Shown: positions 28,559 through 38,364 of the stretch, piece after piece | Layout: each line of letters starts with the position of its first letter | Numbering within the stretch: position 1 is the stretch's first letter | NCBI GenBank assembly: GCA_041743505.1 | Contig: JBGTMQ010000020.1 | Location: 17,099 to 81,098, forward strand | DNA length: 64,000 bases | Direction: 5' to 3' | Source of the DNA: Candidatus Saccharimonadia bacterium | GTDB taxonomy: Bacteria > Patescibacteriota > Saccharimonadia > UBA4664 | Translations under genes and position numbers: made by a program | The notes under the pieces: model-generated | What the model was told of the DNA's origin: nothing | What the model saw: the letters and a program-made list of their open reading frames with translations, nothing else | The model's database searches: none

Positions 28559-28590
28559 ACCCCGCCGACCGTCAGCATCGGCAGGGTGCC
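28559..28590. repeat. REP-like hairpin (family of 2; other copy 37167-37198)
   Basis: ACCCCGCCGACC-gtcagca-TCGGCAGGGTG. A similar CCCCGCCGACC...ATCGGCAGGGCGGGG lies downstream of another minus-strand gene. Confidence 0.4.
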
Positions 28591-28625
28591 GGTCGTACGG
28601 TTAGCGGGGTCAGTTGTCCAATGTG

Positions 28626-29189
28626 TTATCTTGCCGAAGCAGAAATGACGGCCTCGAGGTACCACCGTGTGGCGAGCGTGGTGTACGGCACTACGTCCTC
28701 TGGGACTGCAGCACCAGTCTCGCGCCAGACCTCAGGCTGCACCGTATATGTGACCGCGTGAGCTGCTTGCCTGGCCTCTGCCGAATTCGGACCGTGCTGA
28801 CGCAGGGCCTCGTCGTAGCGGACCAGAGCCTCGTGCATCCGGCGATACGTATTGATCTCACTGTCGCCGATGTTTCGTGTGGCGGTTTTTGGGTACCTCT
28901 TGTCCCAAGCCATGGGGTGTGGGTGGGTGACTGGCCGGTTTCTGAAGGTCTCCAGACCTGCGACCAAGGCTCCAAAGGCCTGCACACGGCGCCTAAACCG
29001 GCCGGTCTCTCTGTGATGATCGGCTGCCCGGTCAAGGACGAATTCCATGTTGCTGGGCCAGCCGTCGAATTCCCATCGGAGCCCGGCGCCGTTGATCTCG
29101 TACATGTATGCATTCAACGCGCGCTGAGCCCGGCCCACATCAGCAACGCTGAAGACGCCCGCCGGTGTGATCTCGTTGGTGCTACTCAT
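28626..29189 (-). CDS. hypothetical protein
   Basis: 187 aa with GGAG upstream of the ATG. The antisense track ORF 28614..29213 was judged spurious. Confidence 0.45.
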   Translation of the reverse strand: MSSTNEITPAGVFSVADVGRAQRALNAYMYEINGAGLRWEFDGWPSNMEFVLDRAADHHRETGRFRRRVQAFGALVAGLETFRNRPVTHPHPMAWDKRYPKTATRNIGDSEINTYRRMHEALVRYDEALRQHGPNSAEARQAAHAVTYTVQPEVWRETGAAVPEDVVPYTTLATRWYLEAVISASAR

Positions 29190-29271
29190 CTCAACTCCAG
29201 TCTGTCGGGTTGAACAGTCGAGTCAATTATAACATATAATGTAAACAAAAGCAATAGCAGCCATGCCGGCA

Positions 29272-29727
29272 TTATTTCCTAAACCGTTCAGAGCTAATAA
29301 GATCTAGCCACAAAAATTCGTTACCCCGAGCAAAACCGGCTGCCTCGTAGGTGTGTATAGCCGGCAAATCCTCCGGAGACGTTAACACCGACATAAACTC
29401 ATAACCCATGTCATTGACTTTCCCAATGGCGGCTTTTACTAATGCCGTAGCAATGCCTTGTTTGCGCATGTCTGGCCTGACATAAATATTCTCAATCAGC
29501 GCTTTGCTCAGCGGCCGGTTGCAGTTCACGATAATAAACCCAACGATAGCTCCGTCAGGCTGTACCGCAACGAGCATTATAACTGCTTCGTTGTTCACGC
29601 TTGCCCGCAAGATATCTTCTGGCCAAAAAGTGACAATTAGGTCACTTGTGTCAAACTCTCCTACACGTTCGCCCAGCACGTGCATGGTCTTAACATCTTC
29701 TAATACAGCTTCCCTTATGATTGCCAC
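29272..29727 (-). CDS. GNAT family N-acetyltransferase
   Basis: Acetyl-CoA binding motif RKQGIATALVKAAI. Confidence 0.75.
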   Translation of the reverse strand: MAIIREAVLEDVKTMHVLGERVGEFDTSDLIVTFWPEDILRASVNNEAVIMLVAVQPDGAIVGFIIVNCNRPLSKALIENIYVRPDMRKQGIATALVKAAIGKVNDMGYEFMSVLTSPEDLPAIHTYEAAGFARGNEFLWLDLISSERFRK

Positions 29728-29796
29728 CTTCTTACTTCACTCCAAAAATATCAAATCAATTTTAGCATCCGGCAAGTTCCCGATCTGTATATAGAC

Positions 29797-29918
29797 ATAC
29801 TAGAATTTTTCTAATCGGCCGGCCATAATGGCCACGCCACCGAGATAATGGCTCCACTAAGCCACTGCTACATAACAAATTAACCCATTTTGGCAACTAC
29901 TAGATAAATTCTAGTACC
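29797..29918. repeat. ~123-bp repeat element with palindromic inverted termini, copy 2
   Basis: Left end ATACTAGAATTTTTCTAATCGG and right end ACTACTAGATAAATTCTAGTACC. The interior shares ATAAT(A/G)GCTCCA..AAGCCA with copy 1. Confidence 0.6.
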
Positions 29919-30011
29919 TTACCGATATGGGTTGCCATAAGCTGTCAGCCAGGCCATATTGTTGCTTTCTTGTCCATTCTCAAGTACTATTCAAAAAACA
30001 ATAAGGACAAT

Positions 30012-30746
30012 ATGGAAGCTGCAAACTCTACGCAATTAAGGCCTTTTGGCGAACTGCTTAAGGCCGCATTCGATTCATACAAAAAGAATTTTAAAACGGT
30101 TGCTGCTCTCTCTGCCGTTGCTGTCGCTCCATGGCTGGTATTCTGGCTCGGCACACCCGACAATCAGGCTGACGACCTCAGCGGGCTAACGTTCTTGACC
30201 TCTATAGCGCTGCTCGTCTATATCGTGGCCTCAATCATAGTCACTATCGCTCTCTACTACCTCGCCGACGATAAGCATCCGGATAAGAGCGTTTCCGGCC
30301 TCCTCAAGCTCAGTCTGTCCAAGTTCATACCGATACTCTGGATATCAATACTAGTTGGGTTGGCAACAATCGGTGGTCTCATACTGCTGATAATCCCAGG
30401 CATAATTTTTGCGATCTGGTTCAGCCTTACCACTCAAGCAGTACTATTCGAGGATAAACGCGGCGTTCAGGCGCTGAAACAGAGTCGGGAATATGTCCGT
30501 GGCCGCTGGTGGGCCGTCTTTGGACGTATCATTCTACTCATCCTGGTCATGATCTTAGCCGCCATAATCGTCGCCGCCATAGCCAGCATCCTATCGGCCA
30601 TCGTCGGACCCCGCGCCGATGCTCTCAACGACCTCGTTAGCATATTTATACTGACACCCATCGTTACCATGTTCAGCTACCACCTCTACCGCTCAGCCGC
30701 CGACACTCATACCGTCGCCGCAAAAGAGCCGGCACCGGCATCGTAA
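30012..30746 (+). CDS. polytopic membrane protein (DUF975/YciC-like?)
   Basis: RBS AAGGA then ATG at 30012. About 6 TM helices. Confidence 0.55.
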   Translation: MEAANSTQLRPFGELLKAAFDSYKKNFKTVAALSAVAVAPWLVFWLGTPDNQADDLSGLTFLTSIALLVYIVASIIVTIALYYLADDKHPDKSVSGLLKLSLSKFIPILWISILVGLATIGGLILLIIPGIIFAIWFSLTTQAVLFEDKRGVQALKQSREYVRGRWWAVFGRIILLILVMILAAIIVAAIASILSAIVGPRADALNDLVSIFILTPIVTMFSYHLYRSAADTHTVAAKEPAPAS

Positions 30747-30772
30747 TTCCGCAATAGCACGGAAGTCTACTC

Positions 30773-30799
30773 AAAAGGAGGCCAATTAGCCTCCTTTTT
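30773..30799. terminator. rho-independent terminator
   Basis: AAAAGGAGGCC-aatta-GCCTCCTTTTT. A near-identical copy lies at 31617-31642. Confidence 0.7.
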
Positions 30800-30907
30800 C
30801 TGGTGAACTATTCTATTGACAAATGAATAGATACTTTACTTTTTACAGTAAAGATACTATACTTCTTAAAGTATCAATAACTAAAGTACTTTTCAAGGAG
30901 TAAATAA

Positions 30908-31573
30908 ATGAATCCAAATCGAAAAGCAGCTGGTTTAGCCGGCATCTTAACTGGTCTGTTGCTGGCCGGAGAATTTTTCTTTTTTATGTTAAGCAACTAC
31001 TCGCCTGCCGCATACAATAATGCGAATGAGGCACTCGCAATTCTTACAGATAATGTAAACATTTTGCGGGCTGCGGTACTGTTCGGTATCGCAGGGGCAA
31101 TCGTAAGAATAGTATACGTCGCAGGATTAGCCGCTGTTTTGTATCCAAAAGCACCATCGCAAGCTGTTGCTGTAAAATACTTTGGTATATTGGGCGGTAT
31201 CGGTCATGGACTAGTAGCTCTGACCTTTTTTAGCGGCCTGCCAGTATTGGTTACGCTTGCCGCCCAAGACGCTATGCTGGCGCAACAGGTGTGGCATAGC
31301 TTCACTATTATAACCAGCGGCTTTCAAAGTCTCGGTAACACCCTGCTAGGCCTCTTCCTGCTTGTATCCGGTTTTGTTATCGTTCGCCATCGAGTACTAT
31401 CCTCAGGCCTTGGTTGGGTCGGTATAGCCGGAGGTGTAGCGACACTTATTGGGGTGTTCAGCGCTCAGACCGCGTTTTCCGGTATCGGCTTCATGGCATT
31501 CATGACTTCATTGCCACTTGCCGTAATCTTCAACATTTGGTCGGGTATAAAATTGTACAAACTAGCCGATTGA
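30908..31573 (+). CDS. membrane protein (low-GC cassette)
   Basis: 221 aa with about 6 TM helices. The cassette is AT-rich relative to its flanks and has the RBS AAGGAG. Confidence 0.55.
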   Translation: MNPNRKAAGLAGILTGLLLAGEFFFFMLSNYSPAAYNNANEALAILTDNVNILRAAVLFGIAGAIVRIVYVAGLAAVLYPKAPSQAVAVKYFGILGGIGHGLVALTFFSGLPVLVTLAAQDAMLAQQVWHSFTIITSGFQSLGNTLLGLFLLVSGFVIVRHRVLSSGLGWVGIAGGVATLIGVFSAQTAFSGIGFMAFMTSLPLAVIFNIWSGIKLYKLAD

Positions 31574-31616
31574 TACCTTGTTTAAAACTACTTCGTCAAA
31601 CATGTATTGAACTCAA

Positions 31617-31642
31617 AAGGAGGCCAGTTGGCCTCCTTTTGA
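31617..31642. terminator. rho-independent terminator (near-identical to 30773-30799)
   Basis: AAAAGGAGGCC-agtt-GGCCTCCTTTT. Confidence 0.7.
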
Positions 31643-31664
31643 GTAGATCGGTTAGTTGGTTATT

Positions 31665-34481
31665 TTAGCGGGGCCCAGGATCTGGACTGGGTGAAGGAGT
31701 CGGGGTAGGTGTCGGAGTTGTAGTCGGAGTTGGCTCCGGCTCGTTCTCAGGTTCTAGCACCACACTCACCGCATCCGGCAGGCTGGCAGAGTAGATGTAC
31801 CTGGCCTCCGGATCAAATGGAGCCTGCAGTTCCAGGTCAGCCTCGCCGCCCTGACCGACGACACCCCGGCCGATAGCCCGGACGCCACCTTCGCGCAAAA
31901 CCTCCAGCTTGGTAATCACAGCACCCTCAGTCGCGTACTTAACGAACTCATGGTTGAACTTAATTTCGCTCTTAAAGAACTTATCAAGCACCAGTTTGCG
32001 CGGGTTACTGGTCCACATCTTCAAGGTCGGGTCACCAATGACATGCCAAATGTGATACTCGTAACCCATGTCACCCACGCTCACGCTGCCGGCCGTCTGC
32101 TCGGCACTTACCTGAGTGGCCAGGTAAACTTTGCCCCAGTTCAGAATGTCGCCGAGCCGCTTGTGGCTGGTGTTACCGCCATGTGCTGGCACGGTGTCAG
32201 GCCAGACGGCGTCAAAGAAGCCGCGGGTCAAGGCGTTGTTGGCCCAGGTCGGGCTGTTGCGAGTGTCACCAATCACGCCGATTGCGCCACCGTCGGCTTT
32301 GCGCAATGCGCGCTCAGCCCAGTAGACGCCGTTGTTCGTGGTGCCGTAGGTGCCACCGGCTGTCTCGTTGTCAAACAAGCCACTGGCGCAGTTTACGCTG
32401 AACACCACTGGTAGCCGCTCACCGTTACTCAGTGCGTCAACATCGCCGTTGCCGAAACCAGGGTCACCCCAGCCGCCGGGCCAGCCGTGGTCACGGTGCA
32501 GGAATAGGAAGCGGCCGTCGTTCCAGGCGGCGCTCACGTCAGCCGTGTCACCATCCCAGGCAAAACCGCTACCGGCGCCAATGCCTGCGGGCAACAACGT
32601 GCCGTTGTAGTATCGCCGTGGCGTGGTGTCGCCGTTGTAGGCCGCCTGCGTCTGGATACAATCGCCGCTGGCGTTCTCCTGGATACAGTAACCACCGTTA
32701 TCAATCGTGCGGGTGTAGATCCGCGGCGCCGTATAACCACGGTCCAGCAGCTCGCCGCGCACCAGCTCAGTGGTCTCCACAAACGCCCGCTGGTCAGTAC
32801 CAGGCTGGCCGTTCAATGGCGTCCCATTAGCATTCATGCGGAAGCCCTGGAACTGAGAGGCTAGGCCGGCAGTAGTGTAAAACGGTGCGCCGTTACCCAA
32901 GCCCAGGTTAGGCGGGCTGGCTTCGTAATCTACGATCTTGTCGACCACAGTGTTAGCTTGCGCCAGGGTATCCACCGGTATCCGGCCGGTGCCGAAGTCC
33001 GGGAAGAAGGCGTCAAACAAAATCTGGACGTAGTTGGAGTAGGGGAAATCCGAACCGGCGTTGTCAGGCTGGCCGGCCGGGTAGAACGTCGGGATGAACT
33101 CGGCGTCACCCAACAGCAGCACATACGATGGCCGGACTTGGCAGTCGTCGTACCGGTCCTCGATGAAGTCATCGATTTCCTCAGCCGTGTCCCGGGCCGG
33201 CACGCCGGAGCCCACGTTAAACACGCTCGTCGATAGGCCCTTGGCCTGCTTGTGAGTCGCCAATTCATCCGCCGCCGCCCGGAAGTCCGGGTGCGTCAGG
33301 ATTAGGAATTCCTCACCAAAGCACGGCAGTATCGAAATATCGAAGTCCCGCACATAGTTCTTAATCACCGCCTTGTTGAGCACGGATTCGGCCACTACGC
33401 CGTGGTTACTCTCAAACGGGTGCAGGCTGCGCTTGGTAATAAAGTTACCCTCGCCGCCTTCAAAGTTCACCTGCACATGGAAGCCACTAAACAGCTGGTA
33501 CCGGTCACTCACCGGGTTGTATCGGGCCGTGGCGCACTCCAGCTGCGCCATTTTCAGGTCACGGTACTGACCCATCGGCCGGATAGTACACGGATTAGGC
33601 GGCAGTAGCCGGTTCTGCCGGTAGGTTTCGGCATTAATCTTAAATGGCTTGTCCGCAAAGGTCTGCATTGGTGGCTCTGGTGGCGTTCCATCGTCTGTGG
33701 GCACGTCATTTGGCGCATCCACCGGCTGCTCCTGGAACGGCACCAAATTCAGGCGCAAGTCACCACCCATCTTACTATCAACTTGCGATAGCTTCGGCTC
33801 CGCTCCTTCCGGAATACCAATCAGCGTCCGCCAGACCGGAATCGCCGGCTCACCCGGCTTGCCAACCATGGTCTCCATACCCGGCATATGCACCTGGGTA
33901 AAGGTTTGGCCGCCGCCCTTCATGGTAGTAAGGGTCGGTTGCGGGAAGGATACGTCAAAGCTGAGCTGCTTGTTGTCCGACGTTCCAAGTTTGGTCTCGG
34001 GCTGGCCGCCGAGATCCTCAAAACCACACCGCTTGCCCTCGGGCAGACTCATTAGTATGTCGTGGCGCAGGGTCCAGACCCGAGCGTACAACTCCTCTAG
34101 GTATGCACTGGGTCGCTTGTGGCGCTGCCGCTCCAGCCTGTCGAGCAGTTGGGTCAGCTTTTTGACGGTATGGCATTTATTTTTAAACCACCACCCCCAC
34201 GAATGCCCCACGGCATCATCGTACTCGCGCAGGACGCCTTTCTTGTCATCCAGCGATGAGTCCTGTGCCCCGGCAATCTGGCCACGCGTCTCATTAGCCG
34301 AGGTCTGAATTTGTTGGTCATTCGCGGCCTGAGGTCCCTGAGGCGCGGCTAAAACCGGCCCCATCGGCGCCACCAACATCGCCCCGGCCAGGCCAAACAC
34401 CATCACGATCCGGTGAATCCGCTGCCTGCCTAACCGGCGCAGCCCGCTCTTAATAGTCTGTAAGTTTTGTTGCACGAACAC
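31665..34481 (-). CDS. secreted peptidase C25 (gingipain/clostripain-like) family protein with Pro/Thr-rich C-terminal tail
   Basis: Signal peptide. His-Gly and Cys catalytic-dyad context (LHRDHGWPGG ... VFSVNCASGLFD). Conserved LLLGD..IPT block. PTPTPTPS tail. Confidence 0.55.
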   Translation of the reverse strand: MFVQQNLQTIKSGLRRLGRQRIHRIVMVFGLAGAMLVAPMGPVLAAPQGPQAANDQQIQTSANETRGQIAGAQDSSLDDKKGVLREYDDAVGHSWGWWFKNKCHTVKKLTQLLDRLERQRHKRPSAYLEELYARVWTLRHDILMSLPEGKRCGFEDLGGQPETKLGTSDNKQLSFDVSFPQPTLTTMKGGGQTFTQVHMPGMETMVGKPGEPAIPVWRTLIGIPEGAEPKLSQVDSKMGGDLRLNLVPFQEQPVDAPNDVPTDDGTPPEPPMQTFADKPFKINAETYRQNRLLPPNPCTIRPMGQYRDLKMAQLECATARYNPVSDRYQLFSGFHVQVNFEGGEGNFITKRSLHPFESNHGVVAESVLNKAVIKNYVRDFDISILPCFGEEFLILTHPDFRAAADELATHKQAKGLSTSVFNVGSGVPARDTAEEIDDFIEDRYDDCQVRPSYVLLLGDAEFIPTFYPAGQPDNAGSDFPYSNYVQILFDAFFPDFGTGRIPVDTLAQANTVVDKIVDYEASPPNLGLGNGAPFYTTAGLASQFQGFRMNANGTPLNGQPGTDQRAFVETTELVRGELLDRGYTAPRIYTRTIDNGGYCIQENASGDCIQTQAAYNGDTTPRRYYNGTLLPAGIGAGSGFAWDGDTADVSAAWNDGRFLFLHRDHGWPGGWGDPGFGNGDVDALSNGERLPVVFSVNCASGLFDNETAGGTYGTTNNGVYWAERALRKADGGAIGVIGDTRNSPTWANNALTRGFFDAVWPDTVPAHGGNTSHKRLGDILNWGKVYLATQVSAEQTAGSVSVGDMGYEYHIWHVIGDPTLKMWTSNPRKLVLDKFFKSEIKFNHEFVKYATEGAVITKLEVLREGGVRAIGRGVVGQGGEADLELQAPFDPEARYIYSASLPDAVSVVLEPENEPEPTPTTTPTPTPTPSPSPDPGPR

Positions 34482-34673
34482 GGTCTCCTAATTAAACATA
34501 AGCACTATACCGACTCAAGTCTAAGCATTATAGAGACGTTTTGTACATAAGATAGCTTTTGATTAGATACGATCACAAAAATTTTTGGAAGTTTGCCTAA
34601 TGCGCACCTATAAGCCGGAAACAGGCAGCAGAAACAGCTGTGCAACTAGTGGGTAGCCTTCAGGCTCATTACC

Positions 34674-35573
34674 TTACTTCAAAGTCTTGTCAAAGTGCTC
34701 GGCCGAAATATCAACCGAACGTGTAACTTGTGGCTCCTGATCGTAAAAATCAGTCTGCTCGCCCTCAGTCCAAGTGATGTTCTTTTTACCCGGCACAAAG
34801 TCATAAAAAGCCTTTACGCCGTCAACCGTCGCTGCCGCCTCGCTGTGAACGATCTGCAATGGAACCGCCATGTCTCGTCCATAACGGACCGCGTCAAATG
34901 TCAGCCAGCCAAGCCAACCCATAACTGCAAACCGGTTGGTCCATTCCGAAATTCCACCCCGGTCATGATCCAAGTAAAAATCCAACCTCATCGGCATGGC
35001 GGCTTGCGGGTCCGTTTCGCTTAGCGCCGGGACATAGTCAATCTCTCCCGTTGCTTCGTATTTTATCCGGGCGGCCCGGCCTCGCGCCATCCGTTCCGCC
35101 ACTCCTTCATCGCCACCATACATGGCCCGGATAATCTCGCCGTTGTGCAGCCAAGGCGCTACAAACGCCAGCGACTTTACACGCCCATCAGCAATGCTAT
35201 TCGCCGCCGCATAACCCGCGCTAGCGCAAATACCTAGAATGCCCAGCTTATCGCCGTCAATTTCTGGCCGGCTTTCCAAAAACGTAACGGCATTATGAAT
35301 GTCCTGAATCTTTAAGTCTGGCGATTCAAATTGCCGGGGCTCACCATCCGACGCGCCAAAGTTACGAAAATCAAACGACAATGCCGCCAAACCTTTCTCG
35401 GCCAGCCGCTTGGCATACCGGTCCGCCATTTGCTCCTTCACGCTTGTCCATGTTCCGACCACCACAATCGCTGCCAAACCGCTAGATTCGGCGGCCGGCA
35501 AGTATAAATTGCCGCGCAAGGTCATGCCTTCACTATCAAACGTGACAGCTTTAGCGTGTATCTGGTGCGTCAT
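34674..35573 (-). CDS. alpha/beta hydrolase (dienelactone hydrolase / acyl-peptidase-like)
   Basis: Nucleophile elbow GICASAGYAA and a downstream Asp/His region. Confidence 0.65.
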   Translation of the reverse strand: MTHQIHAKAVTFDSEGMTLRGNLYLPAAESSGLAAIVVVGTWTSVKEQMADRYAKRLAEKGLAALSFDFRNFGASDGEPRQFESPDLKIQDIHNAVTFLESRPEIDGDKLGILGICASAGYAAANSIADGRVKSLAFVAPWLHNGEIIRAMYGGDEGVAERMARGRAARIKYEATGEIDYVPALSETDPQAAMPMRLDFYLDHDRGGISEWTNRFAVMGWLGWLTFDAVRYGRDMAVPLQIVHSEAAATVDGVKAFYDFVPGKKNITWTEGEQTDFYDQEPQVTRSVDISAEHFDKTLK

Positions 35574-36055
35574 TCACGACCCGCTGACTTGCTCAGCTCA
35601 ACGCTCAGACTAAGGGTTGTCGCGTCTACTTGGGCGCCCACGAGCTGGCCCTGCACCCCCCGGTATTTGTCGGTGCCACCGGTAATGGATAGGGTAAAGT
35701 CAGACTCGCTGGAATCTATCACCCCTTGGACTGCAATATCGCCGTCAGGTAACTGGAGCGTGGCCGTACAATAAAGCACTGTAGCAGATTCACCTACTTG
35801 CACACACAAACCCCGGCCATTGCCCACCTGGGTATTGCCGGTTTGGTCAAACAACCGGTTATCGCCAGCAAACTGGTCACCGGCACTCGGGCCCGGAGCA
35901 CCTAGGTCAATTGATGTGAGGTTTGTGCGCTCCACTAGTTTGATAGTATGGCCTCGCTCAGTCCTAGGCGTTTGCTTGGCCATTACTGTTGGTACTAATG
36001 CCAGTGACGCCGCTACGGCCGCGCCAATTCCAATAACTAGTATTTTCTTCTGCAT
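35570..36055 (-). CDS. secreted hypothetical protein (beta-rich)
   Basis: Signal peptide. Overlaps the hydrolase gene by 4 nt, which suggests an operon. Confidence 0.5.
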   Translation of the reverse strand: MQKKILVIGIGAAVAASLALVPTVMAKQTPRTERGHTIKLVERTNLTSIDLGAPGPSAGDQFAGDNRLFDQTGNTQVGNGRGLCVQVGESATVLYCTATLQLPDGDIAVQGVIDSSESDFTLSITGGTDKYRGVQGQLVGAQVDATTLSLSVELSKSAGRE

Positions 36056-36341
36056 TCATACACCTCATCAAATTAGTCTACGCACAGGATACTAATCGGA
36101 TTGACCTAATGGTGCATTGTGCAGATTGCCTATCATGGTAGTCAAAATGATAGTGAAATAAAACAATTGTTATGACTAGCCCGGCTAGCTTACAGTAGGT
36201 CGCGTAACGATTAGGAGAAAAACATGAATCCAGTAACCTGGTTCAGCAAGCCTTCGGCTGGAGAATGCTGCCTGAGACAAAAGAAAAAGCCCCGCTGGCT
36301 ACGAGATTCACTCTCGTGCTAGCGGGGTCATGCGACGTAAC

Positions 36342-36947
36342 TTATGTGGCCCAGAGGGCGAGCGCTTGCTCGTGCAAGTTAGCCCGAGCCTGTTCAATGG
36401 CCCATGCGGAAAATTCTGCGGGTGTCATGAGTTGCAGGCCGAGCGCCTCCGCCTCCTCCTGGGTGTGGTAGAAGTCGGAGTATTTAGCTGCCCGAATATA
36501 CTGCAGCTCGCCTCCCGGCTGCCGAACGATCCAGTCGCCCGGATGCACGATGTCGCTGTGTTCCCGGACCACGTCCCCGCCTTGAGCCGACGGTATGAGC
36601 GTCACAATCCGGCAGGCCTGGTCAGCCTGGTAGGCCTTGGGCAGGGTCACCTTAACCCAGTAGCCCGGACCAACCTTCACATGCATATTTTCCCATTGGG
36701 CTCTGGCTGAACCCCGGCGTACGTCGCCGTCGCTGTTAAGCAGCCCATAGAAGCTACCATAGAAAACCTGCAGGCCGCCGGCCAGAGGCTTGATGATCGT
36801 CGGTAGCTCCTGGCCATCCTCTGTCAGAGGGATGGTTATAAGTACGGCCTGCTTCGGGGCCGGCTTCGGAAAAATGGTGCGAGCCTGGCCCTCATCGAAG
36901 GTAACCTCCGGAAGATTTTCCGGAGGGACATCAGCATGGACTACCAC
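36342..36947 (-). CDS. hypothetical protein
   Basis: 201 aa. A rho-independent terminator (hairpin plus U-tract on the minus strand) lies at 36290-36335. Confidence 0.5.
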   Translation of the reverse strand: MVVHADVPPENLPEVTFDEGQARTIFPKPAPKQAVLITIPLTEDGQELPTIIKPLAGGLQVFYGSFYGLLNSDGDVRRGSARAQWENMHVKVGPGYWVKVTLPKAYQADQACRIVTLIPSAQGGDVVREHSDIVHPGDWIVRQPGGELQYIRAAKYSDFYHTQEEAEALGLQLMTPAEFSAWAIEQARANLHEQALALWAT

Positions 36948-37166
36948 AACGCCGTCACCTCTTTCTGGGATGTACGAAGGTCATATATTTTGAACGTTAC
37001 TACTCGGACGAATTCTGGCGTCACGATGACGAAGTATAGCATATTTTATCCTATATGTCAAAGAAACTCCCTTGAATGCAGGAATCGTCAAATGCCTCGT
37101 CGGCGGATGGTTGCGCCGCCACCCAGCGGTAAATACAAGGCCGGCCCAATATCACACGAAAACGCC

Positions 37167-37198
37167 CCGCCGACCACAAGGATCGGCAGGGCGGGGTA
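37167..37198. repeat. REP-like hairpin (second copy)
   Basis: GCCCCGCCGACC-acaag-GATCGGCAGGGCGGGG. Confidence 0.4.
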
Positions 37199-37202
37199 GC
37201 TG

Positions 37203-37652
37203 TCAGCCCACCAAGCAGTAGGCAAACTTCGGCCTATGACCAAGAAGATATTGCTCAGCCTCGGCCGGCGTGGGCGTCAATTTGGCATCGTTAACATCTA
37301 CTTCGCCGTGGCCTCTAGCAACTTCATCCAGCTCGTAAACCTCGATGTCCCGGCCCTGACGCTTGCCGGCGATATTGTCTTCGCCTAGCTTGCGCTCCAG
37401 CTCGACCGCACAGCCCCTAACAGCCACGATCGCCTCGATAGTGGTCTCGGTCGTATTACCTGAGGTCTCGTCTTCCAGTCTGGGGTTGCCGCCGCCGGGC
37501 GCCAGGGTGAAGCCACTGGCCACAACGTCGGCCCGGAAATCCGCAAGCTGGTTCTGGCGGTCTTTATGATTCCACCAGAATAACGCAGAAATGAGGCCGG
37601 CACCTAATACAACGGCAAGGATGACAGCGACAGTCTTCAGAGCTCCACGCAT
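37203..37652 (-). CDS. membrane-anchored hypothetical protein
   Basis: N-terminal TM anchor; 149 aa. Confidence 0.45.
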   Translation of the reverse strand: MRGALKTVAVILAVVLGAGLISALFWWNHKDRQNQLADFRADVVASGFTLAPGGGNPRLEDETSGNTTETTIEAIVAVRGCAVELERKLGEDNIAGKRQGRDIEVYELDEVARGHGEVDVNDAKLTPTPAEAEQYLLGHRPKFAYCLVG

Positions 37653-37749
37653 ATCCTGCCCCTTTCAAGAGGGTCCGGTGATGAACTGATATATTAAAAC
37701 ATATTATTGAACACAGTGCAATAGTAATGTCTGAAGTGAATGCCCCCGT

Positions 37750-38205
37750 CTAGACGACGGGGGCATCGGGCTCCTTCGAAGGAGACTTAGCTTCGATGGG
37801 CTTGGCCTGGGACGGGAATACGAGCTTCCCGGTAACCGACAGGTTAATGACGCCTAGGCCGGCGACGCTCACAAGGTAAGCCACCATATAAGGCATACCC
37901 ATCATGATCAACACCGCAAAGGCTGCCTGGTTCAGTACCGTACTGCCGGATTTCAGCAGCTGGAATCTATACCATTGCTGCCATAGTGATGTGGTGTGTG
38001 CACCCTTCCAGGTAAACCTCCGGTGAAGGTAGAAGTGAAGCTGGGTCGTAAAGCCTACGCGCGTCAGATTGGCCAGGATCGGGAACATGCCCAGTCCGCT
38101 CACCAGCACCCATAGGACGACAATATTGATTCCTGTGATAAAGAAACCCACGCCCACAAATTTGAGGCGACGCCTCGTGCGCTCCGTCGGTGGTTGCCTG
38201 ACCAT
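37750..38205 (-). CDS. GtrA family protein (lipid-linked sugar translocation)
   Basis: 4 TM helices. The N-terminal KFVGVGFFITGINIVVLWVL matches the GtrA signature. Confidence 0.65.
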   Translation of the reverse strand: MVRQPPTERTRRRLKFVGVGFFITGINIVVLWVLVSGLGMFPILANLTRVGFTTQLHFYLHRRFTWKGAHTTSLWQQWYRFQLLKSGSTVLNQAAFAVLIMMGMPYMVAYLVSVAGLGVINLSVTGKLVFPSQAKPIEAKSPSKEPDAPVV

Positions 38206-38364
38206 TATGCCCCCTGCGGTTGGCTTGTCCGGGGTTGAAGCTCTATAATATGTTATAATATTATGATATATAAGTCAATATTTAACTTGGGACTAACAAA
38301 CTTTACACTTTACTAATATTATATTATAGTGAAGCAGCCGCAACCTCGTTGAAAGGAACAGAAG

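Noticed and set aside
28614-29213. Plus-strand ORF 28614..29213 antisense to 28626..29189
   Set aside because: The minus-strand frame has an SD-ATG and more protein-like composition. The plus-strand frame is Cys/Gly/Val-rich without a start context.
36224-36322. 32-codon ORF (MNPVTWFSKPSAGECCLRQKKKPRWLRDSLSC) with strong RBS AGGAGA
   Set aside because: It overlaps the rho-independent terminator of the convergent gene 36342..36947 and has no conservation cue. It is possibly a real micro-peptide, but support is insufficient.
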